A stretch of DNA of 64,000 nucleotides from an uncultured delta proteobacterium (GCA_963794325.1 CAWCDG010000007.1:96001-160000); one strand, 5' to 3'; shown: positions 48,692 through 58,936, counted from the first letter of the stretch. A program made the numbers and translations. Notes: generated by a model from the letters alone, not told the origin.

Positions 48692-49889
48692 TAAGTTGTC
48701 CCTTCCCCAACAACGCGACGATCTCCCGCTGGCGCGGCTCGCCGCTGACTAGTGCGCGTCCGTCCTCGATTGTCAGGTCGAGTTCGCTGCGGATGCCGAA
48801 TTTTCCGGGGAGATAAATTCCCGGCTCGACTGAGAAACAGGTGTTGTCGATAAGCCTGCGATCGTCCAGCGTCTCGAGCGAGTCCAGGTTCGCGCCGGTG
48901 CCATGCACTTCGCGGCCGATCGAATGGCCCGTGCGATGTACAAACGCGTCGCCGAAGCCGGCCGTCTCGATTACCGAGCGCGCGGCGCGATCTGCTTCGC
49001 GCCCGCTGACATTGTCACCGGCTCTCACGCGGCGCTGCACCAGATCAACCGTCGCGTCGCGCGCATCCGCGACAATCTTGAAAATGCGCGCGTGCTCGGC
49101 GGGAACCTTATCGCCGGCGAATGCGACCCAGGTGAAGTCCGCGTAGATACTGTCAGCAGCCGCCTCTTTGGCCCACAGGTCGAGCAGGATGAAATCGCCC
49201 AATTGGATCGCACGATCATGTTTGGCAGTCGGCCCGTAATGCGGGTCCGCACTATGCTCGTTGACGGCGACGATCGGCGGCGCGTGAGTCACGAGGCCTC
49301 GCGCTGCGAATCGCGCCATCACGGATTCCTGTATCTCGACTTCGCTGACTGCGCGACCTGCCGAAATCGCATGTGCGATCTCAGCGAACGTTTCATCGAC
49401 GATCGATCGAAGCGCGCGCGCCGCGCGTTGATGACTCCCAAGCTGATCGCGCGTCAAGGTCGCCTCGAAGCGCTGGATAAGATCGGCGGCGGTGACGACC
49501 TCGACATTCATCGCGCGAACTATTTCGACCGTGCCCGCATCGACCCGCGACACGTATGGAATCGCGCAGCCCGGCGAATAGTCCATCGCGATTCGCCGCG
49601 CACCCTCGAGCACCTTGCGCAACGCCGCGATCATCTCGATGTGCGAGCGATAGACGATCTTTTCGATTGCGAGCGCGTCGAGCCGATGCGCCTCGACCGC
49701 CGACACTATCGCCTTGGCTTTGCCACGCGCCGGGACGTAGCAGAACCATCGCCGCGTCGCGATGCCATCTTCCGATAGCCCAAGGATTCGATAGGCGAGT
49801 GGATCGCTCAAGCGGAAGTCGTAGAACAGCCATCCGTCGAGCTGCGCATGACCGAGCGCAAGCGCGATTTCTTCGAGTCGCGTCGTCAC
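48687..49889 (-). CDS. Xaa-Pro (M24) metallopeptidase
   Basis: DPHY, LLDLWAK, YADFT, HRTGHSIG, FSVEPGIY, GIRSE. GTG start overlaps the upstream TGA. Confidence 0.92.
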   Translation of the reverse strand: MTTRLEEIALALGHAQLDGWLFYDFRLSDPLAYRILGLSEDGIATRRWFCYVPARGKAKAIVSAVEAHRLDALAIEKIVYRSHIEMIAALRKVLEGARRIAMDYSPGCAIPYVSRVDAGTVEIVRAMNVEVVTAADLIQRFEATLTRDQLGSHQRAARALRSIVDETFAEIAHAISAGRAVSEVEIQESVMARFAARGLVTHAPPIVAVNEHSADPHYGPTAKHDRAIQLGDFILLDLWAKEAAADSIYADFTWVAFAGDKVPAEHARIFKIVADARDATVDLVQRRVRAGDNVSGREADRAARSVIETAGFGDAFVHRTGHSIGREVHGTGANLDSLETLDDRRLIDNTCFSVEPGIYLPGKFGIRSELDLTIEDGRALVSGEPRQREIVALLGKGQLN

Positions 49890-50389
49890 GAATTGAAACG
49901 GCCTCCCCACGCGTGTGCGCTCTCCGGTTCGATTTTCACGATTGGATTTTTTTCCGGAGTAAAGGTCATCGCGCGGTACAGCAGGTATTTGTCGCGCAGA
50001 TGCCGCAGCGCGACTAGGTACTCCTCGGGATCCTCGACCACGCGCGCGTTTCCACGAATCAGCACGTAAGCGAGCTGCGACCAATCTTCTTCATAATGAT
50101 CGATCACGAGCGCGACGCGCGGATTCTCCGCGATATTGCGCATCCGCTTGAGCCCCAGGCCGCTTTGACGCTTGGGCTTCTCGTCGATCGCGAAGTAGAT
50201 GCGCTCGCCGTCGAACCAGTAGCAGAGCGGAACGTTGTGCGGTGCGCCGGCCGCGTCGGCGGTTGCCAGATGTGCCAGGCGGGCGGCGGCGAGGAATTCC
50301 CGCACGTGCGGATCGGCAAGCGCAGCCAGGTCGTTGGGTTGGGCGGTCGAATCGTTCGATGCGGTCTGAGTCGTCTTCGTCTTCATCAT
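49886..50389 (-). CDS. PPOX-class putative F420-dependent oxidoreductase (Rv0121-like)
   Basis: AHLATAD..G.PH.VP, AIDEKPK, LKRMRNIAENPRVAL.IDHYEEDWSQL. Confidence 0.88.
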   Translation of the reverse strand: MMKTKTTQTASNDSTAQPNDLAALADPHVREFLAAARLAHLATADAAGAPHNVPLCYWFDGERIYFAIDEKPKRQSGLGLKRMRNIAENPRVALVIDHYEEDWSQLAYVLIRGNARVVEDPEEYLVALRHLRDKYLLYRAMTFTPEKNPIVKIEPESAHAWGGRFNS

Positions 50390-51120
50390 CGTTTCTCCAA
50401 TCGATCAAGTGCGCCGCGCGCGGCTCGCGCCAACGATTCGTCAGCGGTGTCGATCGCCGCGGACTCGAGCGCAGCCATCGTGTCGGCGGTGGCGTTTTGA
50501 ATATTTCCCAGGGCCGAGGCTGCGGCGCGTCGCACGCCCGCATCGGCATCGGACTTCATGCATTCGAGCATTACTTTGATTGCTTGACCTGATGCGTCGC
50601 GTATCCGCGACAGAACTGACAGCGCAGCCAGACGCACGTGCACATCTGGATCGTGCACGGCGACCTGGACGACAGCGAGCAGTTCTGGTCCTGCGAGCTC
50701 GAGGTCGCGGATGCAGTAAAGCGCCATCTTGCGCGCGTTGCGGTCGTCTCCAACTGCGAGTTTGAGCAGCCGCGCGCCAATCTCCGCGAGATTTTCGTGC
50801 CCGAGCCGCACCATCAAATTGGTCGCTGCCCAACGGATATCTCCGTCGTCATCCGCCATCGCCTCGCACAGCGCGTCCGCGGAATCCATCGCAAACGCGG
50901 CCGCTCCGATTTGCGCGAGCGCATAGGCAGCGGCCCATCGCACGCGTCGATCGGCGCTGGCGAGTGACTCGCGAAGTTTTTCAGTGACGATGGGATCGCC
51001 TGACGCCGCAATCGCAACGAGTTCGTCGATCGCGCGGCGTTGCACGGTTTTATGCTCGTCGCCAAGTTCGCCGATCAGATTTTCGACGACGGCCGCGTCT
51101 TTGCGATCGTTATCTTTCAA
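50386..51120 (-). CDS. HEAT-repeat protein
   Basis: Repeats such as DRRVRWAAAYALAQI, DVHVRLAALSVL and DAGVRRAAASALG. Confidence 0.88.
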   Translation of the reverse strand: MKDNDRKDAAVVENLIGELGDEHKTVQRRAIDELVAIAASGDPIVTEKLRESLASADRRVRWAAAYALAQIGAAAFAMDSADALCEAMADDDGDIRWAATNLMVRLGHENLAEIGARLLKLAVGDDRNARKMALYCIRDLELAGPELLAVVQVAVHDPDVHVRLAALSVLSRIRDASGQAIKVMLECMKSDADAGVRRAAASALGNIQNATADTMAALESAAIDTADESLARAARGALDRLEKR

Positions 51121-52166
51121 TTCACACCTGCGATCAGGCGCACGAGATTGGACAGCTCGCCAGCGCCAAGAAAGAAGTTGTCATTGTGCCCGAAGGTCTT
51201 CGTCACCGCATGCGAGATCGACGCAAGGTCGAGCGCACGGCCATGAAGTTCGTTTTCAAGTTCAACGATCGCCGGCGAGTTGGCGATGAAGTCCCCGCTG
51301 AGCCGCATGGCTTCTATGGTCTTATCTCCATTGAGCGCGACGGCTGCTTCAATCGCCCCGAGTTGCGATCCGATTCGATTCGCCAGTGTCAGCTTCAGCC
51401 CTGCGGTTGGCCCGACCAACCAGTTCGACGCTGCAATCGCGCGGCCGCGATGTTGCGCCTGCGCAGTTTCGATCGCCGTCAACTCTCGTCGCCGTGTCTC
51501 GCCGAGCGTGTTCCGGTACCCCGACGCGATCGCTTCGGCGAGCTCATCGAAAGAAATGTCGCGAGCGATCTCCCGCACTACCTTGGTCGCGGACGCGGCG
51601 TCGTACATTCGGCACGACAGCGCGCCGTCGGGGTCGATACGTTCCAAATCGTGCACGACTTCTTCCATCCCACGATTGTGCGCAATCGACACTTCGAAAA
51701 GCATCGCGCCCGACGGGTTAGTCTCGAACGTGCACATCGCAAGCTCGCGGTGATCGAAAGTTATCGCGTCGCGTCCCGGGTAGAAACATTCGATGCCGAT
51801 CGCGCGCATCGCGGACAGCAGGCCGCGCGCGTAGCGATTCATGATCTGATCGGGCTTCAGTCGGGTCGTGTCTTCGTTCAACAGCGCGGTGCGCGTCGGA
51901 AGAATCAGCGCCAGCCCCAGCCATCCCTGTCCGGCGCCGACGACACGGCCACCGGTGAGCCGCCGAATCGCGTTGATTCCGTCTCGCTCGGGGGGTCCGC
52001 CATATAGATGATAGCGGCCGATCGAAATAGCGCGGCCCAACGACCCGTAGATGAGCAGGACCGGCGGCGTCTCACGCGTCGCGATCGCGTCGAGCAAGTG
52101 CAGCTCGAGACCGAGGAGATCGTCGGTAGCAATTGCGGGCGCGAGGATTACGTCGAGGTCGGCCAC
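51117..52166 (-). CDS. Lipoate-protein ligase-like protein (divergent)
   Basis: ISIGRYH, IRRLTGG, and the C-terminal LSGDFIA domain resemble LplA. Confidence 0.7.
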   Translation of the reverse strand: MADLDVILAPAIATDDLLGLELHLLDAIATRETPPVLLIYGSLGRAISIGRYHLYGGPPERDGINAIRRLTGGRVVGAGQGWLGLALILPTRTALLNEDTTRLKPDQIMNRYARGLLSAMRAIGIECFYPGRDAITFDHRELAMCTFETNPSGAMLFEVSIAHNRGMEEVVHDLERIDPDGALSCRMYDAASATKVVREIARDISFDELAEAIASGYRNTLGETRRRELTAIETAQAQHRGRAIAASNWLVGPTAGLKLTLANRIGSQLGAIEAAVALNGDKTIEAMRLSGDFIANSPAIVELENELHGRALDLASISHAVTKTFGHNDNFFLGAGELSNLVRLIAGVN

Positions 52167-52215
52167 CAGAAAATTATAGCAGGGCTGAGGGCTTCCGACC
52201 GGAGCAGGCCTTCCC

Positions 52216-54129
52216 CTACGCGGCTTTTGCCAGCGACTTGCTCTCCGGTGCGAGCTTGATTTCCGCGGCCGCTGCGCTCTCCGCTGTCCGCGGCAGCAGG
52301 CGCGCCGAATTGAGGATAAACGCCAGCTCCGAAGTCACGTGGATAAACGCGGCGAGCGTCGGACTCAGCATCCCAGCCGACGCGAGCGCGATTCCTACGC
52401 TGTCGACCGCGAGCGTGCCGGCGAAATTCCACCAGATTATCCGACGCGTCCATCGCGCTATCGCAACTGTCTCGGTGAACTTGAGCAAATCGTTGCCGAG
52501 CAGGACCACGTCCGCACTCTCTCTCGCGACGTCGGTCCCCGATCCCATCGCAACGCCCACGCTCGCTTCGGCCAAGGCCGGCGCATCGTTTACGCCGTCG
52601 CCGACCATTGCAACGATGCGGCCCGACGCCACGAGACTCTTGATGCGTGCGAGTTTCATTTCCGGCAGCAGGCCGGCTTCGACCTCGCTGATCGCCAGAT
52701 CACGCGCCACCTTCGCAGCCACCTGCGCGGTATCTCCCGTCAGTAGGACGCTCCGGATGCCCATGTTGTGCAGCGCGTCGATCGCGGGCCGCGCCTCCGG
52801 CCGCACGGTGTCGGCAATTGTGATCGCGCCAAGGAAGCGACCGCCGCGTGCGACGAAAACCTCCGAGGAGGCATCCGTCGATTTGGCAAAGTTGCGCGGA
52901 ATTTCTACCGCATGTTCTGTCAGTAGCGCGCCATTGCCAACCAGGATCGTCGCGCCATCCACCACAGCCGTGATGCCGCGTCCGGGCACGTAATCAAAAC
53001 GCTGCGGCTCATGCGGCGAACGGTTCTTCGCCGTCGCGTGAGTGACAATAGCTTTGCCCAGCGGATGCTCGGAGCGCATTTCCGCCGACGCCGCCGCATC
53101 GAGCACTTCAACTTCCGACACGCCATCTGCGGGAATGACCGCCTGCAGTTCGGTCCGGCCGAGAGTGAGAGTGCCGGTCTTGTCGAGCACGACAGTATCG
53201 ACCCTGCCCAAAGTCTCGAGGTAGAGACCGCCTTTGATGATCGCGCCGAGACGCGCCGCACGGCCGATGCCACCGAGAATCGCCAGTGGCGTGCCCGCCG
53301 CGATGCCGCACGCGCCCGCGACGATGATCACGGAAATCGTGGACCGCGCATCTCGGGTTATGATGAACGTGATCACCGCAGCCGTGAGCGCTGAATAAAC
53401 CAGGTATCCAGCCAGTCGATCCGCCAATTGCTGCACCGGCGCGCGCGAACGTTCAGCATGCTCGACCGCTTCGATAATCATGCCGTAGCTGGTATCGCGC
53501 CCAATCCGCTCGACGCGAATCTCGAGCGCCCCCGACTGGTTGATGGTTCCGGCGTACACGATCGAGTCGGGTCCTCTTTCGACCGGCATCGACTCGCCGG
53601 TGATGCGCGACTGATCGACGAAGGAATGCCCGCTGGTCACGGTACCGTCGATTGGCACCAGACCGCCGGGATTGACGAGTACACTATCGCCCACGCGCAG
53701 TTGGTCGATGGAAGTCTCGCGTATGCCATTTGCGTCGCGAACCGTTACCGAACGCGGAAGGAAGTCGAGCAGTTGCCGGATTGCGCGACGGCCGCGGGAA
53801 ACGGTCATCCCTTCGAGTACTTCGGCCAGCAGAACGAACAACGTGATGATGAGTGCGGTGAGGTATTGTGAAATACCGGCCGCCGCGACGATCGCGATGC
53901 TCATGGACAATTCCATGGTCATCCGGCGCGCGACGGCATTTTCGGCCGCTTCTTTGAAGATCGGCCAGCCGCCGATCAGAACGCCCAACACGCCGATCAG
54001 GCTCACTCCTGCGATCGGTTCCCATACGCGCAGCCACACCGCTGCCGCCGCGATTGCGACGACGATGATTCGCGCCGCTTCGACCATGCTTATGAAATGA
54101 TCGCGCTCGCGCTCTTCATGTTGATCCAT
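52216..54129 (-). CDS. Heavy-metal P1B-type ATPase
   Basis: ITGES, DKTGTLT, SEHPLG, LTGD, GDGVNDAPAL. The TM metal motif reads AGACG. Confidence 0.95.
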   Translation of the reverse strand: MDQHEERERDHFISMVEAARIIVVAIAAAAVWLRVWEPIAGVSLIGVLGVLIGGWPIFKEAAENAVARRMTMELSMSIAIVAAAGISQYLTALIITLFVLLAEVLEGMTVSRGRRAIRQLLDFLPRSVTVRDANGIRETSIDQLRVGDSVLVNPGGLVPIDGTVTSGHSFVDQSRITGESMPVERGPDSIVYAGTINQSGALEIRVERIGRDTSYGMIIEAVEHAERSRAPVQQLADRLAGYLVYSALTAAVITFIITRDARSTISVIIVAGACGIAAGTPLAILGGIGRAARLGAIIKGGLYLETLGRVDTVVLDKTGTLTLGRTELQAVIPADGVSEVEVLDAAASAEMRSEHPLGKAIVTHATAKNRSPHEPQRFDYVPGRGITAVVDGATILVGNGALLTEHAVEIPRNFAKSTDASSEVFVARGGRFLGAITIADTVRPEARPAIDALHNMGIRSVLLTGDTAQVAAKVARDLAISEVEAGLLPEMKLARIKSLVASGRIVAMVGDGVNDAPALAEASVGVAMGSGTDVARESADVVLLGNDLLKFTETVAIARWTRRIIWWNFAGTLAVDSVGIALASAGMLSPTLAAFIHVTSELAFILNSARLLPRTAESAAAAEIKLAPESKSLAKAA

Positions 54130-54142
54130 CGGCCGACTCCGC

Positions 54143-54418
54143 CTATCGCAGGTACGCTTGAACGATCTCGATCAGTTCTTCGGCGCCCTTCGCGCGAGAG
54201 CCTCGCTCATGATCCGGATCGACGACATGCATCCGAATATGGTCCTCGATGATCTCAGCCATCAGGCTGTTCATTGCCCCGCGCGCAGCGACGACGAGAT
54301 GAAGGACTGCGGAGCAGCCCTTTTCCTCTTCGACCGCGCGCTCGAGCGCCTGCACTTGCCCAAGCACCCGCCGCACCCGGTTGAGAAGCTTGGTTTTCTC
54401 TTTGATCGTGTGTCCCAT
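54143..54418 (-). CDS. rcnR: RcnR/CsoR-family metal-sensing repressor
   Basis: MGH...RVRRVLGQV..L...C...EDHIRMH, with H3, C35, H60 and H64 as in RcnR. Confidence 0.85.
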   Translation of the reverse strand: MGHTIKEKTKLLNRVRRVLGQVQALERAVEEEKGCSAVLHLVVAARGAMNSLMAEIIEDHIRMHVVDPDHERGSRAKGAEELIEIVQAYLR

Positions 54419-54431
54419 GGCCGGATAACTC

Positions 54432-54531
54432 CTATACCCAAGGGGATATAGTATTGCGCGAAAAACCGCAAATATCCAACGGCCGGTATGCACACAAGGG
54501 GTGACCTCAAATGACACTATACGGGGTATAG
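54432..54531. promoter_or_regulatory. Two CsoR/RcnR-type operator palindromes
   Basis: CTATACCCAAGGGGATATAG (54432-54451) and CTATACGGGGTATAG (54517-54531): AT-rich inverted arms around G/C tracts. Confidence 0.65.
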
Positions 54532-54662
54532 CATTGCCCCTCGCTCGGTAAGGGGAGATGAGGAAACAAATCAGCTGGCAGGGATGAAAGACGCCGCTTG
54601 CCCTGAATTTGGATGCAAGCGTAGTGTCCGAATCATGAGAGTCTCCTTCCGCGGAGGATGCC

Positions 54663-56369
54663 ATGAGCGAAATCACCGGTGCTGAGCTGCTGCTGCGATG
54701 CCTGGTTGCCGAGGGTGTGCGCTTCGTGTTCGGAATCCCCTGTCCCGAAGTCGATCCGCTGCTCGCCAAGCTCGAGCAGTACGAAGTCCGATTCGTGCCG
54801 GTTCGCCACGAGGCTGCGGCGGTCCATATGGCGGAAGGGCTGTACAAGACGACCGGCCAGATCGCGGCGGTGCTCGGCAATCCGGGCCCCGGCTCCGCGA
54901 ATCTGCTGCCGGGCGTGATCACGGCGCGGCATGAGGGCGTACCTGTCGTCGTCATTACCGCGCAGCATCGAATGGGGATCGTCTATCCGTCGCCGCCGTC
55001 GACCTTCCAGGGTCAGGACCAACTCGAAATCTTCAAGCCCGTCGTGAAATGGAGCGGCCCGATTTTATCGTGGGACAGAATTCCCGAAGTGATGCGGATT
55101 GCCTTTCGCGAGATGTGGACCGGGCGGCCGGGACCGATTCAGATCGAAATACCCGCGCCCGTGATGTACGCGACCGGCGACGACGCAAAAGTCGCCGTGC
55201 TGACGCCCAAGGAATACCGCGCATCGGGTCCGCGCGCATCAGAAGGGCAGCTCGATGAGGCGGCGGCGATGCTGATTGAAGCCAGGCGGCCCCTGGTCAT
55301 CTCGGGCGCGGGAGTCGATCGCGCCGGCGCTAACGAAGCGCTGCTGGGCGTCGTCGAGCTACTCAACTGCCCGGTGGTCGGCACGATCGCCGGCCGGTCG
55401 TCGGTGCCGCTCGACCATCCGAATTTTCTCTACGGCTACGGCGCGGGTGCGGACCTCGCGCGCCGCGAGTCCGACGCGATCCTCGTGGTGGGCTCGCGGA
55501 TGGGCAACCTCGACATTCCTTACGACAAGTACTGGGGCGATCCCGCCCATCAGAAGCTGATCCAAATAGACATCGATCAGCGCAACATGGGCGTCACGCG
55601 GCCGCTCGCGCTCGGGATTGTTGCCGACGCGAAGAACGCGCTTGAAGGTTTGATCCGCGTGCTCAACGTAAATCGCGCCCAGCCGAAAAACGGCGACGAT
55701 ATGGGACGCTACCGGCAGACCGCCCGCGAATGGCGCGAAAAGCGCTTCGCCTCGGTCGCTAAGTGGAGCGGGCCGGGAATCCATCCGGCGCACGCGATCG
55801 AAAAAATCGGCAAACTGTTCGGCGCCGACAGCATCTATGTAGCCGACGGCGGCAACACCTCACTGTGGTCGCTATGGTTTCTGCCATCGACCAAACCGCG
55901 CTCGTACTTGAACATCCTCGAGCTGGGAATGCTCGGCACCGGAATTCCGTCTGCGATTGGCGCGAAGCTCGGCAACCCATCGCGCGAGGTGGTCTGCGTC
56001 AGTGGCGACGGCGCCGCAGGATTTAATTTCATGGAGATGCAAACGGCCGCGCGCGAAGGCCTGAAAGTCATGGTCATCGTGTTCGCCGAAGGCTCATGGA
56101 CGATGGAGGAGCCCAATGAACGGCGGCTGTGGGGCAAGACCTTCGGCACCGAGATGGGCACAGTCAGATGGGACAAGGTCGCCGAGGGCCTCGGCTGCAA
56201 ATCGTTCTATGTCGATCGAATGGAAGATCTCGAAGCGGCGCTCAGCGGTGCGCGCGCAGCTGACGGTCCAGCAGTAATTTGTTTGAAGACCAATCGCGAC
56301 GCCAACCTCGCGATTCCGGGAGAACTCGGCCTCCGTTTCGGCGAGGTGTATCAGGGCCCGATGGGATAG
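54663..56369 (+). CDS. Thiamine-diphosphate-dependent enzyme (acetolactate synthase-like family)
   Basis: VRHEAAAVHMAEG, GPGSAN, GRPGPI, GDGAAGF. GGAGG RBS. Confidence 0.92.
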   Translation: MSEITGAELLLRCLVAEGVRFVFGIPCPEVDPLLAKLEQYEVRFVPVRHEAAAVHMAEGLYKTTGQIAAVLGNPGPGSANLLPGVITARHEGVPVVVITAQHRMGIVYPSPPSTFQGQDQLEIFKPVVKWSGPILSWDRIPEVMRIAFREMWTGRPGPIQIEIPAPVMYATGDDAKVAVLTPKEYRASGPRASEGQLDEAAAMLIEARRPLVISGAGVDRAGANEALLGVVELLNCPVVGTIAGRSSVPLDHPNFLYGYGAGADLARRESDAILVVGSRMGNLDIPYDKYWGDPAHQKLIQIDIDQRNMGVTRPLALGIVADAKNALEGLIRVLNVNRAQPKNGDDMGRYRQTAREWREKRFASVAKWSGPGIHPAHAIEKIGKLFGADSIYVADGGNTSLWSLWFLPSTKPRSYLNILELGMLGTGIPSAIGAKLGNPSREVVCVSGDGAAGFNFMEMQTAAREGLKVMVIVFAEGSWTMEEPNERRLWGKTFGTEMGTVRWDKVAEGLGCKSFYVDRMEDLEAALSGARAADGPAVICLKTNRDANLAIPGELGLRFGEVYQGPMG

Positions 56370-56371
56370 GG

Positions 56372-57400
56372 CTACGGCTTGATCCCGCTGACGATGCTCA
56401 TATAGCCGAAGGTCGGCTTGACCTTGATATCTTTGAAGCCTGCCTCGCGCAGCATTTCCGCGAGTTCGTGTCCCGAATACTGCCTGCCAGTCGTCCAGCC
56501 GAGCATGATCATCGTGTACGCAGCCGCCGCGAACGGTCCGGTCTTGTCCTTGTTGTAGAGCACCTCGTGGATGATCAATCGTCCACCCGGGTTGAGGCTC
56601 TCGAAGCTCTTGCGGCTCAGAAAGCGACACTTGTCAGGTGGCCAGTCGTGATAGATGTAGGAGTAGAAGTGAAGATCGGCCTGCGGAAACGGATCGTTCC
56701 ACATATCGCCGACCTGAGTGCCCACGCGATCCTGCAAACTGGCTTGTTGCGCGATTTCGCGCGCGACCTCGCACACCGGCGCAATATCGAACACCGTCGC
56801 CTTCAACTTCGGCCATCGCGACACCGCGCCGATACTATGCGCACCGGATCCGCCGCCAATATCCAGCATCGTCTTGCACTTGGACAGACTAATCGCGTTC
56901 GGCCACGCCATCGCCGCGGCCATGCTGATACTGTGCATGGCTAGCGTGAACGATCTGGCTGAGTGGGCCTGCTCTTCGTGCGATTTGAAGACTTCGGCGC
57001 CGCCGTAAACCTGCGGCGAGTCGGTACGGACTGCTTTCTCAAGACTCTCGATCGAGCAAACCGGGTAGTTGTTGATTAACAGGTCAAAGTAGCTGCCGAA
57101 GTAGGTGGGGCTCTTTTCGAGCAAGTAGTCTTCGGAGAGCGGGGTCAGCTCATAGCGGCCGCCCTTGAGCCGGACGAAACCGAGAGCAGCGTTGGCGGCG
57201 AGGATTGTCTCGGCGGGCCGATCCGCGATCTCCAGGTGTTTGCAGATCTCGGCAAACGAGCGCGGCCTGCCGGCGAGAAACGGAAAGAGCTTGAGTTTGT
57301 GCGCCAGCAGCACGGCTGGTGCGCCATAAACCGAAAAGACAACATCCCAGAGCGGGCGGTCGTCGCGGCGCGGCTTTTGGAGAGTCGTTTTCCTACTCAA
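56372..57400 (-). CDS. SAM-dependent O-methyltransferase with dimerisation domain
   Basis: MLDIGGGSG, VGDMW, IYHDW, LNPGGRLIIHE. Confidence 0.92.
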   Translation of the reverse strand: MSRKTTLQKPRRDDRPLWDVVFSVYGAPAVLLAHKLKLFPFLAGRPRSFAEICKHLEIADRPAETILAANAALGFVRLKGGRYELTPLSEDYLLEKSPTYFGSYFDLLINNYPVCSIESLEKAVRTDSPQVYGGAEVFKSHEEQAHSARSFTLAMHSISMAAAMAWPNAISLSKCKTMLDIGGGSGAHSIGAVSRWPKLKATVFDIAPVCEVAREIAQQASLQDRVGTQVGDMWNDPFPQADLHFYSYIYHDWPPDKCRFLSRKSFESLNPGGRLIIHEVLYNKDKTGPFAAAAYTMIMLGWTTGRQYSGHELAEMLREAGFKDIKVKPTFGYMSIVSGIKP

Positions 57401-57892
57401 GCGCCGCGGCCCATGCGCGCGTCAAACTCCTGCGCTACCTTCTCGTCGTTTTCCCGTTGTTTTGTGCTCACCGGAGACCTCGCTGGTAGCAGAGGTTTTC
57501 CTTGTAGCCCGCGTTCCGCGCTATGCGCAAGCGCGCGGCGTCGGGCTGCGCTTCGACGAGCTATATTTAGGCCCGATGGATGAGACGCCGCGTCAACGGC
57601 CAGAAGTTTTCGGAGATTTGAAAATCGGACTCCGGGTCTGGTCGGCTGGCAGGTCAGGAGTGTCGGAATTTATTACAGGATTTCGTAGGGACAGCAGGAG
57701 AATTCGAAGCTGATAGTCCACCATATGAAGCTTCATAGCTTGCAAAGACTCTTGAGTCTGCTTCAAAAGCCTCTCGCATTCTGGAGTCCCGCCCGACATC
57801 GTCGCAACTAAAAGCAATGTGCGGACCACCGTGCCAACAGGAAAATTATTCCCACTGGAGTGCGGAGACGATCCGCGAAATGCGACGAGCTT

Positions 57893-58936
57893 CTAGTCGC
57901 GCGATTTGTGCGCCGCCTCGCACGGCACGACTTCAAGCGTCAGTTGTTCGGTGCCTCGAATCAGTGTGACCTGCGTGCGAACCCCGACCTGACTCATTGT
58001 CAGATGACGCTGGAGGTCGTCGATGCCGGCGATAGGCGTATCGCCGAGCCGGACAATCATGTCGCCTTCCTTGATTCCGCCGACCGCGGCCGGACTGTTC
58101 GCCTCGACCGACGCGACTCGGACCGCGGTCTCCGCAGGCAATCGATAGAAGCGCACGAAGCGGCGCGGCATCTCGAGATTATGCCCCGCGATTCCGATGT
58201 AACCGCGGCTTATCTTCCCGTCCTTGATCAGATGACCGGCGACCAGCTTGGCGCTGTTGATCGCTATCGCGAAACAGATTCCCTGCGCCGGCAGGATGAT
58301 CGCGGTGTTGACGCCGATAACCTCGCCGCGCGAGTTGACCAGCGGTCCGCCCGAGTTGCCGGGATTCAGCGCGGCGTCGGTCTGGATCACGTTGTCGATC
58401 AATCGCCCCGAACCTGCTCTGAGCGATCGCCCAAGCGCGCTGACCACGCCCGCGGTTACGGTGCATTGGAAGCCGTACGGATTTCCAATCGCGATCGCGA
58501 GCTGCCCGACGCGAATCGCATGCGAGTCGCCCAGCGCGACGGCCGCCAGCTTCGATCCGCTGATTCGAATCACGGCCAGGTCGGTCTCAGGATCGTCGCC
58601 GATTAGTTCCGCTTTGGATTTGCGGCCGTCGGATAGCGTCACCCAGATTCGCGACGCGCGATGAACCACGTGACTGTTGGTAATAATGTAGCCGTCGGGC
58701 GCGACGATAAATCCCGAACCGCTGCCGGCCGGCGCGTCGGGATTGCGCGAATTGCCCCGCGGCCCGGCCGCATGAGCGACCTCGATATTCACTACCGCCG
58801 GACTGACGGACTCGGCCGCACCCGTCACCGCGCGCGAATAGGCGTCGAACAGCAGGTCGTCGGACGAATCGTGAGAGAACGGACGGCTCTCATCGAGCAC
58901 GGCGCCATCCGAAACCAATTTCAAAGATGAACGCAT
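57893..58936 (-). CDS. HtrA-like trypsin serine protease with PDZ domain
   Basis: GSGSGF, ITNSHVV, TDLAV, IQTDAALNPGNSGGPL. AGGAG RBS before ATG 58936. No obvious signal peptide. Confidence 0.93.
   Translation of the reverse strand: MRSSLKLVSDGAVLDESRPFSHDSSDDLLFDAYSRAVTGAAESVSPAVVNIEVAHAAGPRGNSRNPDAPAGSGSGFIVAPDGYIITNSHVVHRASRIWVTLSDGRKSKAELIGDDPETDLAVIRISGSKLAAVALGDSHAIRVGQLAIAIGNPYGFQCTVTAGVVSALGRSLRAGSGRLIDNVIQTDAALNPGNSGGPLVNSRGEVIGVNTAIILPAQGICFAIAINSAKLVAGHLIKDGKISRGYIGIAGHNLEMPRRFVRFYRLPAETAVRVASVEANSPAAVGGIKEGDMIVRLGDTPIAGIDDLQRHLTMSQVGVRTQVTLIRGTEQLTLEVVPCEAAHKSRD

Noticed and set aside
47724-50084. Long N-terminal extensions of ORFs 47052..48110, 47720..48616 and 48687..50084
   Set aside because: They overlap neighbouring real genes or repeats. 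Domain starts and stop/start overlaps support starts at 47723, 48409 and 49889.
54419-54955. 270-aa version of the RcnR ORF
   Set aside because: The upstream part is antisense to the ThDP gene and spans the operators. The family starts at MGH (54418).
57593-57840. 78-aa minus-strand ORF with a possible sigma54 promoter (TGGCACGGTGGTCCGC)
   Set aside because: GG-GC spacing is 11 rather than 10, and there is no clear RBS or motif. It cannot be supported, though a small protein is not excluded.
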